In this document: positions 58,659 to 64,000 of the stretch, piece by piece | Position numbering within the stretch: the stretch's first letter is position 1 | How the letters are laid out: each line of letters opens with the position of its first letter | Assembly: GCA_050183625.1 (NCBI GenBank) | Contig: JBFXBD010000008.1 | Span: forward strand, 2,521 to 66,520 | Source of the DNA: Gammaproteobacteria bacterium | Lineage (GTDB): Bacteria; Pseudomonadota; Gammaproteobacteria; JADZEE01 | Length of the DNA: 64,000 bases | Direction: 5' to 3' | Position numbers and translations under genes: made by a program | Notes under the pieces: model-generated | What the model was told of the DNA's origin: nothing | Database searches by the model: none | Seen by the model: only the letters and a program-made list of their open reading frames with translations

Positions 58659-60005
58659 TCAATTCGCAGCTTCGGCGGCGCCGATGGCCGACTCGATCCG
58701 TGCCGAGAGACGTTCGAAATCGCCGTCGAAATGATGTCCGCCGACAACCGCTTCCACCCGCGTCCCGCGAGCCTGCGGGGTACGGCATAACGAATCGTCG
58801 CCTTCCTCCGTACCGTAGATGCACTGCACCCGTCCGGGCGGCATCGCGCGCAGTTCCGGAGCGGTCGGCAGGGCCTGCGGATCGGCAAAGTCCCCGAACC
58901 ACTCGTCGAGATGGATTTCGAAACCCGCCTTCAGCCCGGGCGCCAGCAGCGCAACCAGGCGCACCTGCCGGCGGCGCGCGTCCGCGAGGCGGTTGTAGAG
59001 GAACGGCAGTACATCGGCGCCGAAGGAATAACCCACCAGCACCGCCTCGCGGCTACCGGTGGCGTGCAGGTAATGTGCGAGAACCCGGTCCAGATCCGCG
59101 GCGGCCTGCGCCGGCGTTCGCCGCGACCAGAAATAGCGCAGGCAGTCGAATCCCACCACCGCATAGCCTTGCCCGGCCATGACCTCGGCGATGCGCTTGT
59201 CCAGGTCGCGCCAGCCGCCGTCGCCGCTCAGGATTACGACCAGCATGCCGCGCCGGGACTGCAACCCCACTTCAACCAGCGGCAGATCCGCCAGCCCAGA
59301 CGGCCCGGTGCCCGGATGCCCGATCAGTGCGTCGACGGCGGCTCCAACCCGCTTGTCGAGTGCGGTGCCGCCCGGCGCAGGCACGCGCACGCGGGGGATC
59401 GAGGACTTGCGGTAGCTTGCAATCTCAGCCTCGCGGGCCCCGCCGCCGGAATCCAGCAACCACGGCGCGTTGAGTTTCACGCCCGGCGGCAGCGCGGTGA
59501 GCGGTTGTGGTACGAGGCCGCAGAACGGCCGCGACAGGCGCAGGTGGGGTTGCAGATCCAGGCTCGCACCGCCGCGGAAGGCGAGTGGCCCGGCCTGCGC
59601 GAGCGCCACGTATACCAGCGCCGCGCCGATGCCCCGGCCGACCAGGATCGGTGCGTGGAATCCGCCGCCCAGCGCATGTTGCGCATTGCGGCCGAGCCAT
59701 TCCAGCGGGCCGGCGATGTCGATGCACGGGTCGTCGCGGCGCGCGAGCAGGGCGATCGCCTGCGCGGTGTCGATCACGGCAATCGCGATGCCGGCGCCGG
59801 CGAGCGCGCCGATGGCGGCTTCGTCGTCGGCGCGCAGGCCCTGCACGCCGCTGAAATAGATCGCGAAATCCGCGGCGGCAGTCGGCGCCCGCACGCGCAC
59901 CGTGCCGAACTCGGCGGTCTTTACGGAGGGTACGGCCGCGGCATGGGCGCCGCAGATCGCCACCAGGGCGAAAAGAAGCGCACGCGCGAGGCGTCGGTCA
60001 GCCAA
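58659..60005 (-). CDS. AcvB/VirJ-family alpha/beta-hydrolase (putative lysyl-phosphatidylglycerol hydrolase)
   Basis: C-terminal VirJ domain (VVILSGDGGWRDLDK...VVGFDCLRYFW...GYSFGADVLPF). Signal peptide via TTG start (MADRRLARALLFALVAICGAHAAA). The ORF-track 5' extension is rejected. Confidence 0.7.
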   Translation of the reverse strand: MADRRLARALLFALVAICGAHAAAVPSVKTAEFGTVRVRAPTAAADFAIYFSGVQGLRADDEAAIGALAGAGIAIAVIDTAQAIALLARRDDPCIDIAGPLEWLGRNAQHALGGGFHAPILVGRGIGAALVYVALAQAGPLAFRGGASLDLQPHLRLSRPFCGLVPQPLTALPPGVKLNAPWLLDSGGGAREAEIASYRKSSIPRVRVPAPGGTALDKRVGAAVDALIGHPGTGPSGLADLPLVEVGLQSRRGMLVVILSGDGGWRDLDKRIAEVMAGQGYAVVGFDCLRYFWSRRTPAQAAADLDRVLAHYLHATGSREAVLVGYSFGADVLPFLYNRLADARRRQVRLVALLAPGLKAGFEIHLDEWFGDFADPQALPTAPELRAMPPGRVQCIYGTEEGDDSLCRTPQARGTRVEAVVGGHHFDGDFERLSARIESAIGAAEAAN

Positions 60006-60544
60006 GGCAGCAGGCCGTGGACATGGCGCGCGGATTATAGGCGCCCGCGATGCGCCTCGCACCGGTGCGCTCAGGCGACGAAGAAGGCGAACCAGAGCCC
60101 CGCTCCCACCATCGCCACGATGCCGCCGATGAACAGGCGGTCGGCAAGGCGTTCGGCGGACTCGGCGCGCCGCGCGTCCGGCCGCCGCAGCGAGAGGTAC
60201 GAGGCAATGACACTGGCCAGGAAGACGACCGCGTCCAGAGACAGCAGTTCGTCGATCGCACCGTGCCGGATCTGGCCCGGAGCAAGGTTCACGATGCTGA
60301 TGACGGTCATGCAGATGCCGACCATCGTCGCCGATGTGGGCAGGATATGGGAGGAGAGGCGATCGTTGCTCATCGGGCTCGCAGGCTGGCACCGGGCCAG
60401 TCCCGGTGCCCCGATTCGACCACCCCGCGGTCTTCCGGTTCGCGCGAATCGGACACGGCCCGCCGGCGCAACTACAATTCGACTCAATTCTCGTGCGCGT
60501 CACCGCGAGAAGGCGCATCGGCCGCGGCAATTCCCGCCGCGCCA

Positions 60545-60685
60545 ACCATGAGCCGCGTCCCGTCATTGCGAGGCCGCTTAGCGGCCGCCGCAATCCATGC
60601 GGCCTGGACGCGTTCGGCGCCGCATGGTCCGCTTCGCTGCGCCGGCGACGACGAAGGGGCGGTTCATGGCCTCGATTTGAAGGAG
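60545..60685. repeat. REP/MITE-like repeat, copy E
   Basis: cgtcattgcgagg...gcggccgccgcaatccatgcggc...ggtccgcttcgctgcgccggcgacgacgaagg modules. Confidence 0.7.
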
Positions 60686-60726
60686 TCCGGTCCGGTTCTA
60701 CCTCGCGATGGTGGGGTGCGGTTGCG

Positions 60727-63315
60727 ATGACAGATTCGGCGATTGCGCGCGAGGCCGCCTCTTCCTGGCGCTGGCTGCAGCGCACCGCGGGGATTGGCGC
60801 GGGCGCGCTGGTGTTCGCTTTCGCCGCTTTCGCCGTGCACCGCCTCTCGGGTGAATTGAGCCTGCGCGACCTGCGCGCGGCGGTCGGAAATCTGTCATGG
60901 CGCCAGCTCGCGGCAGCCCTGGCGTGCGCCGCGGCAAGCTTCGTGCTGTTGTACGGCTACGATCGTTCCGCGCTGCACTATCTCGGCCGGCGCCTGCCGG
61001 CGCCGCTGGTGGCGTTCACCTCTTTCTGCGCCTACGCCATCGGCAACGCCGTCGGCGTGAGCTTGCTGTCGGGCGGTTCCATCCGATACCGCATGTACCT
61101 TGCGGCCGGCATGGACGGCGCCGACGTCGCCCGCATCACGGCGTTCAACATGCTCGCCTTCGGCGTCGGTGTCGGCGCGGTGGGTGCGGTGGCGCTGATG
61201 CTGCACCCGGAGGCGATGGCACATGTGACCGGCGCGAGCGCTTACCTGCTCGCCGCGGCGGGCGGCGCCGTGAGCGCAATGGTGGCAGGGTTCGTCCTGC
61301 TGTGCTTCGTGCGACCGGCGCCGATCACGCTCGGTCCCTGGCGGGTACGGCTGCCGAGCGGCCGCACCGCGCTGCTGCAGCTGGTGATCTCGGCGGCGGA
61401 CATCGCCGTGTCCGGGTTGTGCCTGTACGTGCTGCTGCCGGGGCACGGCGTGCCGTACACGGCTTTCCTGGCGGTGTACGCGGTCGCCACCGTTGCCGGC
61501 GTGATCAGCCACGTGCCCGGCGGGGTCGGCGTGTTCGAGACGATCATGCTGCTGGCGTTCCGGGACCACATGACCGTCCAGGGCCTGGGCGCGGCGCTCG
61601 TCGGGTACCGGTTCGTCTATTACCTGCTGCCGCTCCTGGCAGCGGCGATGCTGCTCGCCACGCGCGAGCTCAGAAGCAGCCTGCAACCGCTCGCGATTGG
61701 CCTGCGCGGGGCGGCGCGGATCGGCAACCGCTTCGCGCCGCTGGCGGTCGCGGTGCTGGCCTTCCTGTCCGGCGTGGTGCTGCTGTGGTCGTCCGCAACG
61801 CCGGCCGTGCCGGAGCGCCTGCTCGCGCTGCAACGGATCATGCCCCTGTTCGTGCTGGAGATCTCGCACGTGTTCGGCGCGGTGATCGGCCTGGCTTTGC
61901 TGGTGATCGCGCGCGGCCTGTTCCGAAAGCTCAACGGCGCCTGGTTGCTGGCACTGGGGCTGTCTGCCGCCGGCAGCGCGATCTCGCTCGCCAAGGGCAT
62001 CGATTACGAGGAGGGCCTGCTCCTGCTGCTGGTGACCGCGACGCTGTGGGTGTCGAGACGCCAGTTCTACCGTCGTACCAAGCTCGTGGACGCACCGCTG
62101 TCGCCGGGCTGGCTGGTGGCGCTTTCGGCAGCGCTGGCAGGCGCGGCGATGCTGGTGCTGTTTTCGTTCAAGCACGTCGAGTACCGCAACGCGCTGTGGT
62201 GGCAGTTCGGCTATCACGCGGAAGCGGCGCGGTCGATGCGCGCGACGCTGGCCGGCGCGGCGGCGCTCATCGCCTTCGCGCTCGTGCAGATGCTGCGCCC
62301 GGCCCGGGCGCACCCGCACCCGCCGGATCGCGCCGAAATGGCGCGTGCCGAGCGCATCGTGCGGTCCCAGCCGGGCGTGGTGGCGATGCTCGCCCTGACC
62401 GGCGACAAGCGGCTGTTGTTTGCGGATGAGGATGGCGGGTTCGTGATGTACGGCACGCGCGGCAGGAGCTGGGTGGCCATGGGCGATCCGGTCGGTCCGC
62501 CGCAGGTGCAGGAGGATCTCGCCTGGCAGTTCCGAGAACTGGCCGATCGCGAGGGCGGACGGGTGGCGTTCTACCAGACCCGCCCGCAGACGCTGCCAAT
62601 CTACGTCGACATGGGCCTGATTCCGTTCAAGCTCGGCGAGGAGGCGGTGATAGTGCTGCCGGAGTTCTCGCTCGATGGTGCCGCACGCAAGGTGCTGCGC
62701 GCGGCGAACAGCCGCGGCGCGCGCGACGGCCTGAGCCTGGAAATCGTCGGACGCGACCGGGTCGCGGCGCATCTGGAGGCGATGCGATCGGTCTCGGACC
62801 GCTGGCTCGCAGCAAAGAACACGCGCGAGAAGCGCTTCTCGATCGGCGCGTTCGACCCGGGCTATGTCGGCCGCTGCGACGCTGCACTCGTACGCCGCGG
62901 CGATGCCGTGGTGGCGTTCGCCACGCTGATGACCACTGATCGGCGCGAGGAGATCTCGGTGGATCTCATGCGACACACGAATGCGGCCCCTGCCTCGACG
63001 ATGATGTACCTGTTCGTGCAGCTACTGCTGCACTACAAGGCTGCGGGCTACGGGCGCTTCAACCTGGGCATGGCGCCGTTGTCGGGCCTGGAGCACCACC
63101 CGCTGGCGCCGCTCTGGCACCGCTTCGGGCATCTGCTCTACAACCGCGGCGAGCGGTTCTACAACTTCCAGGGCCTGAGGCTGTTCAAGGACAAGTTCGA
63201 CCCGCAGTGGGAGCCGCGCTATCTCGTCACCCAGGGCGGCCTGAACCCGCTCATCGTCATGGCCGACGTCGCCGCGCTGATTGCGGGAGGCATTGGTGGA
63301 ATCGTCGCCAAGTAG
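60727..63315 (+). CDS. mprF: lysylphosphatidylglycerol synthase/flippase MprF (LpiA-like)
   Basis: 862 aa: N-terminal ~14-TM flippase domain plus C-terminal synthase domain (DUF2156-like, RFSIGAFDPGY...MAPLSGLE). Divergent from acvB/virJ. Confidence 0.9.
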   Translation: MTDSAIAREAASSWRWLQRTAGIGAGALVFAFAAFAVHRLSGELSLRDLRAAVGNLSWRQLAAALACAAASFVLLYGYDRSALHYLGRRLPAPLVAFTSFCAYAIGNAVGVSLLSGGSIRYRMYLAAGMDGADVARITAFNMLAFGVGVGAVGAVALMLHPEAMAHVTGASAYLLAAAGGAVSAMVAGFVLLCFVRPAPITLGPWRVRLPSGRTALLQLVISAADIAVSGLCLYVLLPGHGVPYTAFLAVYAVATVAGVISHVPGGVGVFETIMLLAFRDHMTVQGLGAALVGYRFVYYLLPLLAAAMLLATRELRSSLQPLAIGLRGAARIGNRFAPLAVAVLAFLSGVVLLWSSATPAVPERLLALQRIMPLFVLEISHVFGAVIGLALLVIARGLFRKLNGAWLLALGLSAAGSAISLAKGIDYEEGLLLLLVTATLWVSRRQFYRRTKLVDAPLSPGWLVALSAALAGAAMLVLFSFKHVEYRNALWWQFGYHAEAARSMRATLAGAAALIAFALVQMLRPARAHPHPPDRAEMARAERIVRSQPGVVAMLALTGDKRLLFADEDGGFVMYGTRGRSWVAMGDPVGPPQVQEDLAWQFRELADREGGRVAFYQTRPQTLPIYVDMGLIPFKLGEEAVIVLPEFSLDGAARKVLRAANSRGARDGLSLEIVGRDRVAAHLEAMRSVSDRWLAAKNTREKRFSIGAFDPGYVGRCDAALVRRGDAVVAFATLMTTDRREEISVDLMRHTNAAPASTMMYLFVQLLLHYKAAGYGRFNLGMAPLSGLEHHPLAPLWHRFGHLLYNRGERFYNFQGLRLFKDKFDPQWEPRYLVTQGGLNPLIVMADVAALIAGGIGGIVAK

Positions 63316-63359
63316 TCCCGTGACGATCAACTGTCCCAATAACGAAATCGAGGCGTAGC

Positions 63360-64000
63360 ATGATCGTGCAAACAGTCTTTCTCTGGGTCGCCACCGGGCT
63401 GGTCACGGGCTGGGTCACGCGCACCGCGATGCGCAGCCAGCGCGAATACGGGGTGTTGGGCGACATCACCTCCGGCTGCCTGGGGGCCGTGGTCGGCGGC
63501 TGGCTGCTGCACCGGCTGCACGTGCTGACGCCGGCCGACGCCGCCGGACACGTGCTGGTGTCGTTCATCGGTGCCGTGACGCTGCTGGCAGCAGTGCGGC
63601 TCCTGCGCCGGCTGAGCGCGGCGGTACGGCGCGTGGCGCCGGCGGCGTTCACCAACGGGGTCGCCGATCTGGAAACGCAGATGCGCCGCGCCACCGAATT
63701 CGAGCGCGGCATCCTGGCCAAGTTCCTCGGCCGGCGGCATGTCTCCAGTGACATCAACCAGACCTTCGAGTCACAGCTCACTTTCGGCGAGCGCCTCGCC
63801 GACAAGGTCGCCGCGGTCGGCGGAAGCTGGGTGTTCATCGGCATCTTCTTCGTGGTACTGGTGTGCTGGATGGCGATGAACGAGCAGATGGCCAGGCCGT
63901 TCGATCCCTATCCGTTCATCCTGCTGAACCTGCTGCTGTCGTGCCTGGCGGCGGTACAGGCCCCGATCATCATGATGAGCCAGAATCGCCAGGCGGCGAA
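63360..64000 (+). CDS. GlsB/YeaQ/YmgE-family transglycosylase-associated membrane module fused to a DUF1003 domain (5' partial; runs off the window)
   Basis: My own translation. First ~80 aa are MIVQTVFLWVATGLVTGWVTR...GDITSGCLGAVVGGWLL (GlsB/YeaQ/YmgE). The last 70 aa are DUF1003-like (FDPYPFILLNLLLSCLAAVQAPIIMMSQNRQA). Confidence 0.55.
   Translation, partial: MIVQTVFLWVATGLVTGWVTRTAMRSQREYGVLGDITSGCLGAVVGGWLLHRLHVLTPADAAGHVLVSFIGAVTLLAAVRLLRRLSAAVRRVAPAAFTNGVADLETQMRRATEFERGILAKFLGRRHVSSDINQTFESQLTFGERLADKVAAVGGSWVFIGIFFVVLVCWMAMNEQMARPFDPYPFILLNLLLSCLAAVQAPIIMMSQNRQAA

Overview
This is a 64-kb, high-GC (~68-70%) chromosomal segment from a proteobacterium, probably Xanthomonadales: it has a close homologue of Xanthomonas Clp, and a REP/MITE-like element family is present. 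I cannot run searches, so all family calls rest on motifs I recognise in the translations.

Most of the window is densely packed core and housekeeping genes: MscK-like channel, PP2C phosphatase, Lon, an SDR, two ABC exporters, purEK, clp, gloB, a double-length UvrA paralogue, an NlpC/P60 peptidase, protein arginine N-methyltransferase (PRMT)-like methyltransferase, CorA, a truncated KdpD/KdpE pair next to kup, a sulfate ABC operon with an OprO/P-family porin, a sigma-54 activator, nnrU, glnS, a QseBC-like two-component system, degP, and an acvB/virJ-mprF pair.

Two compositionally atypical (lower-GC) islets stand out:
- ~29.4-35.8 kb: two large alpha-helical proteins of unknown function (437 and 932 aa), a small ORF, and an AlbA_2/HATPase_c_4 (Schlafen-like) gene interrupted by an in-frame TGA. 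This is my best candidate for an undescribed system, possibly an effector or toxin-immunity module.
- ~55.2-57.05 kb: a TcmP / DUF5131 (three-Cys-motif) gene pair inserted between a two-component system and degP.

Five copies of a ~100-250-bp palindromic intergenic repeat family are scattered through the window. I found no rRNA, tRNA or CRISPR.
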